Assembly: GCF_009914755.1 (NCBI RefSeq) | Contig: NC_060928.1 | From: the human T2T-CHM13v2.0 reference genome, Homo sapiens | Reading direction: 5' to 3' (one strand) | DNA length: 64,000 nucleotides | Shown: piece by piece, positions 15,458-30,544 of the stretch | Numbering within the stretch: position 1 is the stretch's first letter | Layout of the letters: every line of letters begins with the position of its first letter | The notes under the pieces: model-generated | What the model was told of the DNA's origin: nothing | The model's database searches: none | Seen by the model: only the letters and a program-made list of their open reading frames with translations | Made by a program: the position numbers and the translations under genes

Positions 15458-15689
15458 ATGGCATACATACAGCCTGAAAGCTTCCAACATAATTTGGTCC
15501 AAGTTCATAAATGGTAGTAACATTTGAAGAAGGTAAAACTTCTTCTAGAAAATGTGTGGGTCCCAGGCGCCAAACCAATGAGGCAATTTGGCGTTGGGCA
15601 GGTGGAGTACCAATGTAGGCATAGACCGTGCTCACCACTGGTGGATTTGCCGAACCTGAACCCCCTGGAGTACTGTGGACATAATGAAG
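15458..15689 (-). CDS. WDFY3: WDFY3 coding exon (LHYVHSTPGG...AVCMP), 232 nt, phase 0->1
   Basis: cttacag|CTTCA acceptor, CCAT|gtgagt donor. Confidence 0.93.
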
Positions 15690-16734
15690 CTGTAAGGAAG
15701 ACAAAAGCAAATGTGTGAGATGTGAACACTTTCCCCAGGAAAATAACTACTTCAGCATATGTATTTTCATTATCCCAAGGTCACACAACTTTACAAATGC
15801 ACAAAAACATTTGGGGTGGAGAAACAGGAAGGGCAAGGCACGATACTGGGATCTGTAACTGAGGACCAGGTATAGTAGCTAAAACTTTTATCCAACTCTC
15901 TAACACAGATAAACTCTTTAATGCTAGAAATGGCAACAGGCAAATACAGGGATACTGTCAATGGCTGGTTTGCACATCAAGTTAATGACGCTTCTCTGAA
16001 ATTTTTGTGCTGATATAAAGAGAGCTTTCCACTATGGAATTAAAGTAGTCTTGAAATTAGGTATGTTACCTTCAATGTGAGTCTGTTAACTAAAATTACT
16101 GATGAAAAGCGTTTTATAGGGGTAAATTATTATAATAAATATATAATTAAGTACAGTATAAGAGATAAAGAACTTAAGTTGCTTTTTCTTGCTGAAGCAG
16201 CTTAATGGGATGAAGGACACTTCCATTAACTGCTGTGTCATAATAACATCTCAGCTTCAGATCCTATTCATTATTCTATATATTAAACAGCAGTTCTTGG
16301 TGATGTTAATAGCACAATTGTGAAGACCAACATAAGAGCTAGAGTTGATTTCACAGTACTGTGACTATTGACAGGGACAGTGATGATGATGTAAATAAAT
16401 CAATAATAAATTTCCTATTGCTCAACTCTAGAAGCTGAGGGCATTTTTATTTTTAATGACACTAAAATTAATGAAGGAGCAACGTACTAGAGAATCTACA
16501 AACCCATTTCAAATGCAATCATGTATACAAACAAATCAATGACTATTCCACAAGGTGCATTTTAGGGTTTATCATATTGAAACACAATGTCACAATAAAA
16601 TATCATCATCATCAAGGAAGGAAATATATTCAAAGATACTGCTGGTTTCAGTGCTTTTCAAACTTTAATTCACACACAAGGACAAACTTTGTCTTTGTTA
16701 CTTCTTTCAAGTGATCGCCCTAAAATGGATAACT

Positions 16735-17138
<404 letters not shown>

Positions 17139-17605
17139 TCACTTGTTTCTTTACTTGATAATCAACTCTTTTTTTCTATTCTAAATACTATCACAATCTA
17201 CAGTAATGTTTATGTAGTCATTCATTCAAGAAACAATAAACTAAATACCTACTATCATTATCAGGGACTAATCTGGGTGATATGAAAACAAAGAAAAAAA
17301 AACAATTCTAGCTCTAAAGAATGTAAGTCTTCTGGACTAAATTACAACAACAATAATGAAGTGGCAAAATAGTGTGTTCACCGTTATTTATGAATCCTTC
17401 AACTGGTTCCTCTATTATGAAAAAGCACCTAGCAATCTGGCTTAAGCTCTTGCATATTCAGCAACTTCTTTAGTACCTATAAGCCCTCATTTCTATTCTT
17501 CTCTAATAAAATGGTTTAAGAATTGGCCACATGAGTCTAACATATTATTCAAATGGGTACTGAATATCAACTTAAAATTAAGAAAGTAATTTTAAAAATA
17601 TCCCT

Positions 17606-17608
<3 letters not shown>

Positions 17609-17648
<40 letters not shown>
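17609..17648. repeat. Perfect (AC)20 microsatellite
   Basis: Direct reading. Confidence 0.97.
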
Positions 17649-17650
<2 letters not shown>

Positions 17651-17701
17651 CAAACTACTACCTTATAAAACAGGTAGATTTACAAGTGCACATACACTTA
17701 C

Positions 17702-17883
17702 CTTTACAGTGTTAACAAGCTGTCCATCAATATAAAGGGCTGCAGTACTGTTTTTCAACATGCCTTTGCTCATTACCAGGACCAAATGATGCCACTGTCC
17801 CTCAATGATAAGCTCTCCACATCGAAAGCGAGCACAGCATGGGAGAATTTCATAAAATGAGGACTCTTCACTAAAATCATCAA
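17702..17883 (-). CDS. WDFY3: WDFY3 coding exon (VDDFSEES...GQWHHLVLV...YIDGQLVNTVK), 182 nt, ConA/LamG-like domain core
   Basis: tttcag|TTGAT acceptor, AAG|gtaagt donor; WHH...YIDG signature of LamG/ConA-like folds in BEACH proteins. Confidence 0.92.
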
Positions 17884-18042
17884 CTGAAATAAAGGGGGGA
17901 AGACATAAAAACTTTTTCCAACACCATCCCTATTCAAATTATTCATATCTAGATCAGCATGTTTTGACTTTATGTTAAAACAAAATAATGATGCAGACTG
18001 ATTTGAGTAATAATACAACTCTGGAAAAAAAAATGATAATGC

Positions 18043-18350
18043 GGGTTGGGCACGGTGGCTCACACCTGTAATGTCAGCCCTTTGGGAGGCTGAGGCGGGC
18101 GGATCACCTGACGTCAGGAGTTCGAGACCAGCCTGGCCAACATGGTGAAACCCCATCTCTACTAAAAACACAAAAATTAGCCAGGTATGGTGGCGCGCGT
18201 CTGTAGTTCCAGCTACTCGGGAGGCTGAGCCAGCAGAAATGCTTGAACCTGGGAGGCAAGAGTTTGCAGTGCTGAGATTGTACCACTGTACTCCAGCCTG
18301 GGTGACAGAGCGAGACTCCATCTCAAAAAAAATAAGTAAATAAAAATAAA
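18043..18350 (+). mobile_element. Full-length AluSx-like
   Basis: Alu dimer; TSD about GATAATGC. Confidence 0.92.
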
Positions 18351-18556
18351 AAGATAATGCAGACAGAAGATACCTTATTCATGCAATACCCTTACCTGCA
18401 GTAAAGTGAAACCTAGAATGTATTTTTGCTCTCTTCTGCTCAAGAAATATAGGTATAATCACATAAAGTTACAATGAACAAAAGTTAGCTAATGAAGTAA
18501 AAAATACATAAAAATAAAGAGACAATAACGTTATGATAAACACTAAAAAGAGACTA

Positions 18557-19540
18557 GTTGACACCCAAAACAAAAATAAACAAGTGGGACTATCTCAAAC
18601 TGAAAAGCTTTTGAATAGCAAAGGAAACAACAGAGTGAAAAGGGAATCTATGGAATGGGAGAAAAATATTTGCTAACTATGTATTTCATAAGGCAGTAAT
18701 GTCAAAAATACATAAGAAACTACTAGAACTCAATAGTAAAGAAACTAATAATCAATTAAAAATGAGCTAAGAACTTGAATAGACATTTCTCCAAAGAAGG
18801 CACATAAATGGCAGACAGGTATATGAAAAATGCTCAATGTTACTAATCATCAGGGAAATGCAAACCATAAGCACAATGGCATATCACCTCACACCTGTCA
18901 GAATGGCTATTATCAAAAAAAAAAAGTGTTGACACAAGTGTTGGCAAGAATGTGGAGAAACTGGAACCCTTGCGCACTGTTGGTGGGAATGTAAAATGCT
19001 GCAGCTGCTATGGAAAACAGTACAGACGTTTCTCAAAACACTGAAAATAGAACTAACATATAATCCAGCAATACCATATCTGGGCACTTATCTAAAATCA
19101 CTGAAATCAGGACTTCAAAGAGGTATCAGTACTCCCCTGGACAGATGAGTAGATAAAGAAAATGTGGTACATATATACAATGGAATAATATTTAGCCTTA
19201 AAGAAGAAAATTTTGCAATATCTGACAACATAGATGAAGCTTAAGGACATTATGCTAAATGAAATAGCCAGTCATAGAAAGACATATACTGCGTGACTCC
19301 ACTTATATGAGGTATTTAAAATAGCCAAATTCAGAGAAACAACGAATGAAATGTTGGTCGCCAAGGGCTTGAGGGAGGGGCAAATGGGGAGTTACTAATC
19401 AAATGGCAGGAAGTTTCAGTGAGGCAAGAGGAAAAAAAGCTTGAGATTTGCTCTACAACACTGCAACTATAGTCAACAATAATGTTGTTGTATGACAATA
19501 ATGTTGTATAACAACAATAATGTGTTGTTAACTTTTTGAC
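18557..19540 (+). mobile_element. L1MA-type ORF2 end / 3'UTR fragment
   Basis: aaacaagtgggactatctcaaactgaaaagc...actaatcatcagggaaatgcaa...; decayed ORF2 C-terminus. Confidence 0.85.
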
Positions 19541-21161
19541 ATTGATTTGGTTACAGTATGGGTTAGAAAAAGAACCGAGAAAAATGTAAAGTTTATTCTT
19601 GCTATATGCTATGCTCAACGACACAAGAGGACAACTATCTATTATTAGTGGCTGTACTGTCCATAATAAAAGGCAGTAAGAAGGAGATGATTTACAGCAC
19701 AGACTAGTGATTTGTTGATCCAAGTTTCCTGCTTCATCAGACAACTTTGTCCCACGTATATAAATATATTCTGATTTGCTACCATTCTACAATTACTTCC
19801 TGACTCCAATCTGGCTCCTTTTTGCTACCCTATATGTTACCAGACCATGCTAAGAAATAATGGTTTCATATTAATTTAATTTTATTGTTAAGCTGAACAA
19901 AAATTAATTTACCTTTTATCAGTACTTAACAAATGGCAAGACAGCAGTGGAAAACCAGATTTTAAATACTCATTTTAAAAAAAATTAAGAAGAGCTAACC
20001 TGTAACCATATAATTTAAAGCAGATCCAGTATTTTTCACTGCATGTACAAACAAGTAAATATACTGAAAGTAAAATTTATGTGATATGAAGAAGAAAATG
20101 CAAATAAAATATTTATTTCTATTTTTAGAATCTTAAAATATCTGCACATACTTAAATACCAAGATTATATTTTAGAATGGCAATTCAGAATATATGTCTG
20201 TTGATAAGACTATTACACAGGTAAAAATCTTATCCATGAGGTGACTTGATATAGGAACTGAATAAACTAGGCAGAAAGCAGGGTCCTAAAGCCTTGAAAG
20301 GTCTAGTGTTATGGACCAATGGAGGTGAAAGTAAATATGAACATATGGGTGAAACAAGGAACTTGTCCCTCTTCCTTCCCTGGTTCGTAGACTGTAAGTC
20401 TTCTCAAGTATTGAAGAAGATATTCCTTACAAACATTTGTGAGAGTTTCACTTTCTGACTTAGGTTTGAACTAAGACATTTCCAGCACTGAGTGGTGTGT
20501 CAGGATATCTCAGTGAGCCAACTGGTTTATGACAACTCCTAATCTCCTAGGCATCTTAATGGGTTACAGCTGTTCGGAGAATGAATCCTGGCAATACTAA
20601 TGCATATGTTACCGTCATTTCTAATCATATATGGACTATAGCAGCCTGGCAAATTACATTTAGTAATAAAAATGAGATAAGAGTTAGAAAATATTTTCCT
20701 AGTTTACAGATTTATCTCCAGATCCACTCCTTAACTTTCCCATTAAATTCTAGGGTGTCTTCAAATTCCCCATTATTATTCACTTTTCTCGTTGTTTCTT
20801 CCTCAGACCATTCATTTCCTCTATTCATGCATTTATAAGTTTACATAATATCTGCATGCCTAATACATTCTAGGTACTGTGTTAGATGACAGGGCAGCTT
20901 AGATTACAAAGATAAGCAGACAAAACAAATTAAAAATTAAAATCTATGAAGTCTAGATAAGAGATGAAGATTATTAAACAAGTGCTATGGAAGTGGGCAC
21001 AGGGAGGAAGGGAAGATTTGAGAAATATTAGGGAGGCATATTACAGTAAGACTTAGTAGAAAGGGTGGTATTTTCAAGTTGACTCAGGTTTCTAGTTGGG
21101 CTAACTGGCAGTGGTTGTGTCATTTATCAACACAGGAAAACAGAAAGAGATGTAGGTTTTT

Positions 21162-21279
21162 TGTTTTTGTTTGAAACTGGGTGTCTCTCCTAGGCTGGAG
21201 TGCCATGGCACCTTCACAGCTCACTGTAACCTCAAACTCATGGGCTTCACCAATCCTACACCACCTCAGCCTCCTAAAG
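21162..21279 (-). mobile_element. Truncated Alu monomer with 15-bp TSD GAGATGTAGGTTTTT, inside an L2-like region
   Basis: TSD at 21147-21161 and 21280-21294. Confidence 0.8.
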
Positions 21280-22494
21280 GAGATGTAGGTTTTATAAAGA
21301 AGAAATATTAGAATCTGAGATGTTTATTGGAATACTGTTCATATGGAGATGTCTAATATGCAGCTGGAAATATGAGGACATAGCTTGGGACATAGACAAA
21401 TGAAAAAAAAACTTTGACTTCACAGTCCTTGAGATAAAAAGACTTAAAGCAATACTAGTTCATTATTTTTTCCCATGAAGAGCTGGTCAAGTACAAAGAT
21501 CAAAGGTGAAACACTGGAGAATACTACTTCTGAGGGGCAGATAGAAGAGAAAGCGATTGAAGGAAATTGCAAAACAAAGATCAGAGAAATAGTGAGTATT
21601 CTCAAATGCAAGACTGGAGGTAGTTTTAATTAGGACGAATTAGTCAACAGGACTACATGCTACTAAAGGGGCAAATAAAGCGTCATAACAAGAATTTTAA
21701 AGTACTAACTATATTGATGCCTAGCTCTGTGCTAGGTACCATGAGGAATACTACAACCTTACAATCTAATTAAAAGACTAACATTCATATTATATTAATA
21801 TTTATTGAACACCAACCACATGTCAATTAATATGTGATATTATTTTACTTAGCTAAAAGAACAAAATTAGATGACCAAAAAAATCACATTTATACAAAAT
21901 GCTTATATTCTTGAGCAAAGAAAATTAAGTAAATTGAGATTTATATTTTAAATTATTTATCATTTAGCAGGATCTTCATGAATGCCTTGAGTTTGGAGTT
22001 CTACTGTACAGCACTGTAAAGTCATGGCATGTTGGAGAAAACTAAGGAATTAGAATTATAAAATAGTATGTATTACATCTTGAAGGTAAGTGATGGATAA
22101 GGTAATTGAAATGTTATTGTGGCTAGCACAGTGTGGCACATATGGCAGGCAGGTGCTCAATGAATATTAATTAATTAAGCAGAATTCACAGCCAATGATA
22201 ATCCTTACCAAAATACATCAAACAAGCAACCTGCTTTCCTAGGAAAAGCTGTGATTTCTTGGCAAGTAGAGATTAGTCCTTATTAGGTACTCACTCCCTC
22301 CACTGTTTTGTAAGTCTCTTTTGAAAGTGCCTTAAAATTCACTGGTAAGCAATATTCAATGTTTTATGTAACTTGTTCTATGCTATAATAATTTAAGCTG
22401 AAAAGTTATTATTAGCTGGACTTTTAAAATAAATACAAAAATGAAGTTTTAATACTTCTATAATCAAAAGAAGAAAACAAAAAAAAATACTGAC

Positions 22495-22713
22495 CATAAT
22501 TTTGGAGGAGTTCCTCTTTGGTGGAAACAATCAGAGATCGGTCTTTTGCTGATAGAACTATTGCAAGGCACACGTAATGTTGCTCAGAAGAATTTGCTCG
22601 GCGCACAACAGTAAGAAGTCTGACAGGGTGGTTATTTGGAGGAGAACTAAAATGTTCAATACAAAACCAGCTAGAGTAACTTAAGCCGGAGGGAGGAGGG
22701 AAGAATCTTTCAC
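22495..22713 (-). CDS. WDFY3: WDFY3 coding exon (GERFFPPPSGLSYSSWF...ELLQNY), 219 nt, start of ConA/LamG-like domain
   Basis: actgtag|GTGAA acceptor, TATG|gtcagt donor. Confidence 0.92.
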
Positions 22714-22854
22714 CTACAGTAAAAATTAAAAAAAAAAGTCTGTGTTGATTAATATTTATATTTTTTAAAAGATGCCAACAAAAGCAAATAAACTCTAAAT
22801 TATATATAATCTACTAGAAAAAAAACTCATAAGCAGAAAGCAAATATTACTTAC

Positions 22855-22955
22855 CAGAACCAATGCCACTGACCACAGCCCCATCAATAAGACCTGTTGT
22901 GACGGTATTATTTGTAGGAGCATTATGAGGGGCCAAACTGGGCAAAAAAAGACAT
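22855..22955 (-). CDS. WDFY3: WDFY3 coding exon (CLFLPSLAPH...GIGS), 101 nt, phase 2->1
   Basis: taatag|ATGTC acceptor, TCTG|gtaagt donor. Confidence 0.91.
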
Positions 22956-23453
22956 CTATTAAAGAAAAGACAACATACATATTAGAGATCAATGACTCCT
23001 TCTCTTAACACTGTGCACTTACCACAGTGAAATAACTGCCAGTATTTAATGGTGACTAGAGAAAAGATCATGGAATAAATCTGGATGCCTCGCAAAGCCC
23101 TTCCCTTCTTTTAATTATGTAAGGGTATCAAAAGACATAATTTTAAAATCTCCCAAAATAACATTTTTAACTTAAAATAAAAAAAAATGAAGATACAAAA
23201 TGCATATGGCAACATACTCTAACGTATAAACCCAATCAAGACATTAGAACAATTTCATCACTGAAGGAAAACTCCCATGTGCCCCTTACTGTCACTCTCT
23301 TGTTACCACTGATTGCTTTTGACTATTCCCAATCATGTTTTAATCTATTGTTTGATAATGACCCATGATAATATTCTTAAAACACAGAGGTTTCAATCAA
23401 TATAAGAATCCCACAAACAACTAGTATAGATAAAAATTATGAATTAACACTCT

Positions 23454-23782
<329 letters not shown>

Positions 23783-24050
23783 CTACCAGATCTATTAGCA
23801 TTTGTGTCTATTTTAGGCTGTTGAACTTCATGAATTCTTATAGATTTTTTAGATTCATTATTGCCATTTCTGTTACTATAATCTTTTCTGCCACTTGAAA
23901 TAATTTATTCATTTGAAGTGACAGTCATTGAATATTTATAATGTATAAATTATTATACTAGGTAATTTGAAGGATAGATGATGATAAAACCCAAAGAGTT
24001 TTCAATCTAATTTTAATTTATATATTATCTATACATTTATATTTATTACA

Positions 24051-24290
24051 TTAGATGTTGGCAGACTTTTTCTGGAAAGGGCCAAATCATAAATATTTAA
24101 TGCTTTGTGAACCAGGCAGTCTCCATCATGACTACTCAACTCTGACACTCTAGCACAAAAGCAGCCATAGGAAATATAAATGAGTGTGGCTGTTTTCCAA
24201 TAAAACTTCATTTACAAAAAAAAAAAAAATTTGCAAAAGTGTTACTAACAAAACAGATTTGGTCCATGGGCCTAAGATTTTGGATTCCTA
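24051..24290. mobile_element. MER58A-like hAT-Charlie DNA transposon
   Basis: ggcagactttttctggaaagggcca...actactcaactctg...ccaataaaacttcatttacaaaa. Confidence 0.75.
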
Positions 24291-24496
24291 TGTCATATCA
24301 ATTTATTTTGTATAACAAACAAAAATAATTAAATGTAGTAATCTTAAAATAGCATGCTCAAAAAACTCAATAATTAAAAAATATTAAGTATGGTAAAATA
24401 TATTTTAATTAAGTATATTTAAAACCAAAGATCTATTTGTAAAGGCAAGTATGACGCATAAAACCATAAAGGTTGGCTTCCTTGCAAATTTCTTAC

Positions 24497-24728
24497 CCAA
24501 ACCCTTCAAGTGATGTGTCAAATTCAACAAAAGCTGGAGTAACTGATGACCCATGAAGTCTGATGTCATGTGGGGTTGTCATGGAGACCAGACACTTCAC
24601 CCTGGTCAGGGGTACAGTACTTCCTTCCGCAGATTTTACCAGGCTCTTGCTTATCCGGTAATGGTTATCTTCATGTAAGCTAAAAACATTATCAGTACCC
24701 AGACCTTCCAGAGATGTGATCATACTAC
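24497..24728 (-). CDS. WDFY3: WDFY3 coding exon (SSMITSLEG...SLEGFG), 232 nt, phase 1->2
   Basis: cttacag|GTAGT acceptor, TTGG|gtaaga donor. Confidence 0.93.
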
Positions 24729-25253
24729 CTGTAAGTCAAGGAAATCTCTTGGGAAAATGTCATATGGAATTTCAAAATAACTTTACAAGGCTGATTTATT
24801 TGTAAATACCACTTCAGTTTCAATAGACAATAATTTTTTTTTAAGTGCCAAGATCATTATCCAGTTTTAATGTACATTTACTTTTAAACTTAATAGCATG
24901 CGTTTCCTTTTTTACTAAAGCAATATGCACACTGCAGAAATGTTGGAAACTAGAGTATAAATAAAAATAAACATCTCAAATAATTGTCATCAAAGCCACT
25001 GATACAATGTAATTTAATTATAAATCTCAGTTAATAGTTTACAAATCAGGAAATACTTTTATTTCATAAAACTATGATTTATTAATTCTCTTTGAGGGAA
25101 AAGTAAACAATTTTAGACCATTAAAATGAAAAGAAATAGGTCATCTTTATTATAAAACAAATTAGAGATAAATGGCAGAAACTTGCTTCTCCCATTTTTT
25201 CCCCATTATTAATTCTTTCCTTACAATTATTAGAACTAAATGCATGATCGTAA

Positions 25254-25846
<593 letters not shown>

Positions 25847-25971
25847 TGTTTCCCTATTTAAATAATAAACCCTTCTCTTTCTTTGCTTTCACAAACTTCT
25901 TGAAATAATATTCATCCCCTACATGATTTTCATTCATAAAATAAATCAAAAAAGGGAATTTCAAAACTTAC

Positions 25972-26084
25972 TTCTCATTTCTGGTTCATAACTCAGTGAA
26001 CTTGGTTTGTGGACCCTATATTGTTTTAGCAGTTTTTTGTCCCAGGCACCACAATTTAAAGGACTTGCCAAACGTAAAAACTCC
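25972..26084 (-). CDS. WDFY3: WDFY3 coding exon (EFLRLASPLNC...EPEMR), 113 nt, phase 2->1
   Basis: ttcttag|GGAGT acceptor, AGAA|gtaagt donor. Confidence 0.92.
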
Positions 26085-26104
26085 CTAAGAAAGAGACAAA
26101 GCAA

Positions 26105-26484
26105 AGTTATTCCTTGATTGAGATTATTATATAATTCATTAACCAAATATTCAGAAAAAGAATTTAATAAATTCCAACAGACTAATTACAATAAAAAAAT
26201 GCAAAGTATAATAAAACAATATAGTGTTAGTTTTACATTTAATCACCATATAGCTATATATCTGACACATATTTTTTAGAATGTTTTTTAGACAGTTATT
26301 CCTTCGTTGAGAATATTATAATTCATAAACCAAACATTTTCAAAAAAGGAATTTAATAAATTCCAACAGACTAATTACAATACAAAAAATGCAAGTATAG
26401 TAAAACATACACAGTGTTAGTTTTACATCTAATCACCATATAGCTATATATCTGCTATACATTTTTATAAATTCATTTTTTAGA
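26105..26484. repeat. Diverged tandem duplication, unit about 190 bp, 2 copies
   Basis: AGTTATTCCTT at 26105 and 26294; shared block gaatttaataaattccaacagactaattacaata. Confidence 0.9.
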
Positions 26485-27000
26485 AGTTAATAATATTTAA
26501 GAAGAACCCCAACTCAAATATTTCTAAAACCAAACTCATCACCTTATATCCAAACCCAGGGCATTTCTTATGTTCTGCATCTCACTGAAATGTGTTTTTG
26601 TTCCTTCTTTAACTTTCCATATTCAGAAAATCAGAAAATCCTGCTATTTCTACTCATAAAAATATGGAATCTGCTCTTTTCTCTCATTCTTGCTGCTATC
26701 ACCCAGACCATATTATTTTACTATTCCTAAAACAGAGTCTTAATTACCTCCTGTGACACCAATATTGCCCCAACTCAATCCATTCCTCACTATAGTCAGT
26801 ATCTCACAGAACTTAAATCTACACAGTGTCACTCTATTGCTTAAGACTCTTCCATGGCTGTCCATTTCTGTAGTTGAAAACACAAAACAGCTAGCATTCA
26901 GTACCATACATGAGATGATTTCTACTGTACTCTCCAGCTTCACTGCTCCCATCTTTCCCGCAATCATAAATTCTACTTAAGACATACATAAAACTTCTGA

Positions 27001-27464
<464 letters not shown>

Positions 27465-28439
27465 TAACTGTCATTTCCTCCAGGAAGCCTGCTTTGAGTC
27501 ACACTTCCAAAAGTCTCTGCCCCTATATAAACTCTGTAACACTGCTATTACGAACTTAATAAACAATATTTTCATTTCCTGCTTATCTGCATGTATTCTT
27601 TACTAGACGATACATTTTTTAAGAGCATAAACCCTCCATAACCTGTCATTTATAACATCATGTTAAAAAAAAAAGTAGAATACTCCAAATTTTCAACTCC
27701 CTACAGCAGGAAACAAAAAAGGCTTACAAGTTAGGTTTGCCAGTTTTTCATGTAGAACGTTAGACACAATTAGTTTATAATCTATGGCTTTTAAGTAGCA
27801 AAGTACTTGTACCATCATTTGACTTCTTTTTTCTGAGAACTCACTAATTGTGAAAACTGACCATACCCAATGGTTGATTTTCATTGCTTATTCTATTTAT
27901 CTAACTATGCAATGTAAGTTATCTGGTAAAATAGTAGCATTAGGTATGGGACAATGTCTCTCTCTCTCTCTGTGTGTTTCTCTACTTTTAAAGTAGCAGA
28001 TTACCAAAAAGGATCAGGGGAAAATCTCAATGCTATTTTCAAAACTTTAGGACGGTGAGTACAACTACAAGATAATGGATGAAGTGAGTAGGTCCATCTC
28101 ACTCATCTTGGCATTATAAAGGCCGTGAACACAGCCTGATACAACACCATTTAACAAATGTTTACTGCATAAAAGTTTCTTAATCCACAATCAGTTTGGA
28201 GTCAGTTTTAAAAACTTACAAATAAATTTCAACCATTTTTAAGAAAGCTCCTAAAAGTTTTATAAAAGAGGAGTACTCTAATAATAAGTTATGTAACAGC
28301 AGTGTTATAGAGTTTATATAGGGGCAGCCTACCCAGACTTTTGGAAGGGTGGCTCAAAGCAGGAGGCTTCCTGGAGGAAATGACAGATATATATGAATCA
28401 TTCAAGAAATACACATATGTAAGTATATATTTCTTGAAT

Positions 28440-29305
28440 GATTCACAAACTCTGATACATCCATACTGTGGAACATTATTCATAATAAAAAGAAAAAACT
28501 ACTGATACATGTAACAACTTGTGTGCAGCTCAAGAGCAATATGATTAGTGAAGAGACAATCTGAAAAGATCACATACTGTATAACTTCATTTATGTAACA
28601 TTCTCAAAATCAGTGGTACCCAACCTTTTTGGCATCAGGGAGCGGTTTTGTGGAAGACAATTTTTTCACAGATGGATTGTGGAGGATGGTTTCAGAATGA
28701 AACTGTTCCACCTCAGATCATCAGGTATTAGATTATTTAGATTCTCATAAGGAGTGCCCAACCTAGATCCCTTGCATGCACAGTTCACAATAGGGTTCAC
28801 GCTCCTATGAGTATCTAATGCTACTGCTGATTTGACAGGAGGCAGAGCACAGGCGGAAATGCTGGCTCACCCACAGCTTACCTCCTGCTGTGCGGCCCAG
28901 TTCCTAACAGGACATGGACCAGTACTGGTCCATGGCTCGGGGGTTTGAGACCCCTGCTCATAACGACAAAACTATGGAGATGGAGAACAGATCAGTGATT
29001 TCCATGGGCTAAGGGCTAACGATGTTGGGGTTAGGGGAGTGGGTATGACAATAAAGGTAGCACTAGAGAAATCTTTGTGACATCGTAATTGTGTGGTGAT
29101 TACATGAATCTACACATGATACAATAACAGATAATTGTATGTGCACATGAATACATCATACCAATATCAATTTCTTGGTTTGGATACTGTAGTATAGTTA
29201 TGTAAGGTGTAACTACTGGAGGAAAATGGGCAAAGAGCACAGGAAAACTCTTGGATCTATATTCACAACTTATGGTGAATCTATTATTTCAAAATTAAAA
29301 GGTTA
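28440..29305 (+). mobile_element. Old L1M 3' end, interrupted by MER1B
   Basis: actactgatacatgtaacaac...gagatggagaacagatcagtg...gtgaatctattatttcaaaattaaaag. Confidence 0.75.
28611..28956 (+). mobile_element. MER1B hAT-Charlie DNA transposon
   Basis: TIR-like ends cagtggtacccaacc / ggtttgagacccctg; 346 bp; degenerate 8-bp TSD ctcaaaat/ctcataac. Confidence 0.85.
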
Positions 29306-29626
29306 AAAAGTATTTCTTTAAAAACTTCTTACATATGAAAAGTTATTAAATATAAAGTAAACGCATGACTTCATTTTTAAAGGAAAGTGAGAGCTTGCTA
29401 GATTCAAATGAAAGAAATAACTGATGGACAGAAACACTAAATGATTACTAATAACTAGATTTATTTGTTTCTAAGTGCCATATTTTGAGTATTTTGTCCA
29501 TTTTTGTTATATTTTGCCCATAGATAACTGAATATATGTCCATTAAGGCAGGAATTCTGGAATCATAAGGACTCTAGAAACTGACATTACTAATTGTGGA
29601 CTATTTGAGTATGAAAGAGAACTTAC

Positions 29627-29841
29627 CTCAACACCATGGGTTCCAGAGCCTGAGAGGCTAATCGTTCAAACATCCGCTGCAGGGGCGGGTGCAGTGAGTG
29701 GTCCTCATCAGCCAATGCAGCACTGCACCTCTGCAGCAGTCGTGCATGAAGACCAGCTTCACACATGACTTGCTGGTTCCTTTCTGTGTGCACCAGGGAT
29801 TGTAAAATATTTGCCACGGCAAGTTGAAGATCCAAAGCATG
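29627..29841 (-). CDS. WDFY3: WDFY3 coding exon (HALDLQLAVA...EPMVLR), 215 nt, phase 0->2
   Basis: attttag|CATGC acceptor, TGAG|gtaagt donor. Confidence 0.93.
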
Positions 29842-29927
29842 CTAAAATCAACAAAGAAATCCACACAGTCAGGTCATTCTTAGTGAGAAAGATGACAATT
29901 CTTTTCACATGAAGCATACCTTTTTAA

Positions 29928-30222
<295 letters not shown>

Positions 30223-30232
30223 AGAAGCATAC

Positions 30233-30544
30233 TTTTTTTTTTTTTTTGAGACAGAGTCTTGCTCTGTCACCCAGGTTGGAGTGCAATTGTGTGATCTCGG
30301 CTCTCGGCTCACTGCAACCTCCGCCTCCTGGGTTCAAGCAATTCTCCTGCCTCAGTCCGCCGAGTAGCTCGGACTACAGGTGCCTGCCACCATGCCAGGC
30401 TAATTTTTTGCATTTTTTGTATTTTTAGTAGAGGCAGAGTTTCACTGTGTTAGCCAGGATGGTCTTGATCTCCTGACCTCGTGATACACCCACCTCAGCC
30501 TCCCAAAGTGCTGGGATTACAGGCGTGAGCCACCGCGCCTGGCC
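30233..30544 (-). mobile_element. AluSc-like, second of a head-to-tail pair
   Basis: gttagccaggatggtc...gacctcgtgat diagnostics. Confidence 0.9.

Noticed and set aside
16380-16620. GTGATGA / TGATGA motifs resembling snoRNA C boxes
   Set aside because: They are short (GAT)n runs; no properly spaced CTGA D box or terminal stem on the host sense strand
17773-18321. 182-aa ORF and the many similar ORFs (LECSG..., GVQW..., e.g. 16737, 23452, 25332, 25495, 58974)
   Set aside because: These are translations of Alu sequence, with no evidence for independent genes
18884-19744. ORFs at 18884, 19331, 59744 and 51104
   Set aside because: Fragments of decayed L1 sequence; no intact ORF1 or ORF2
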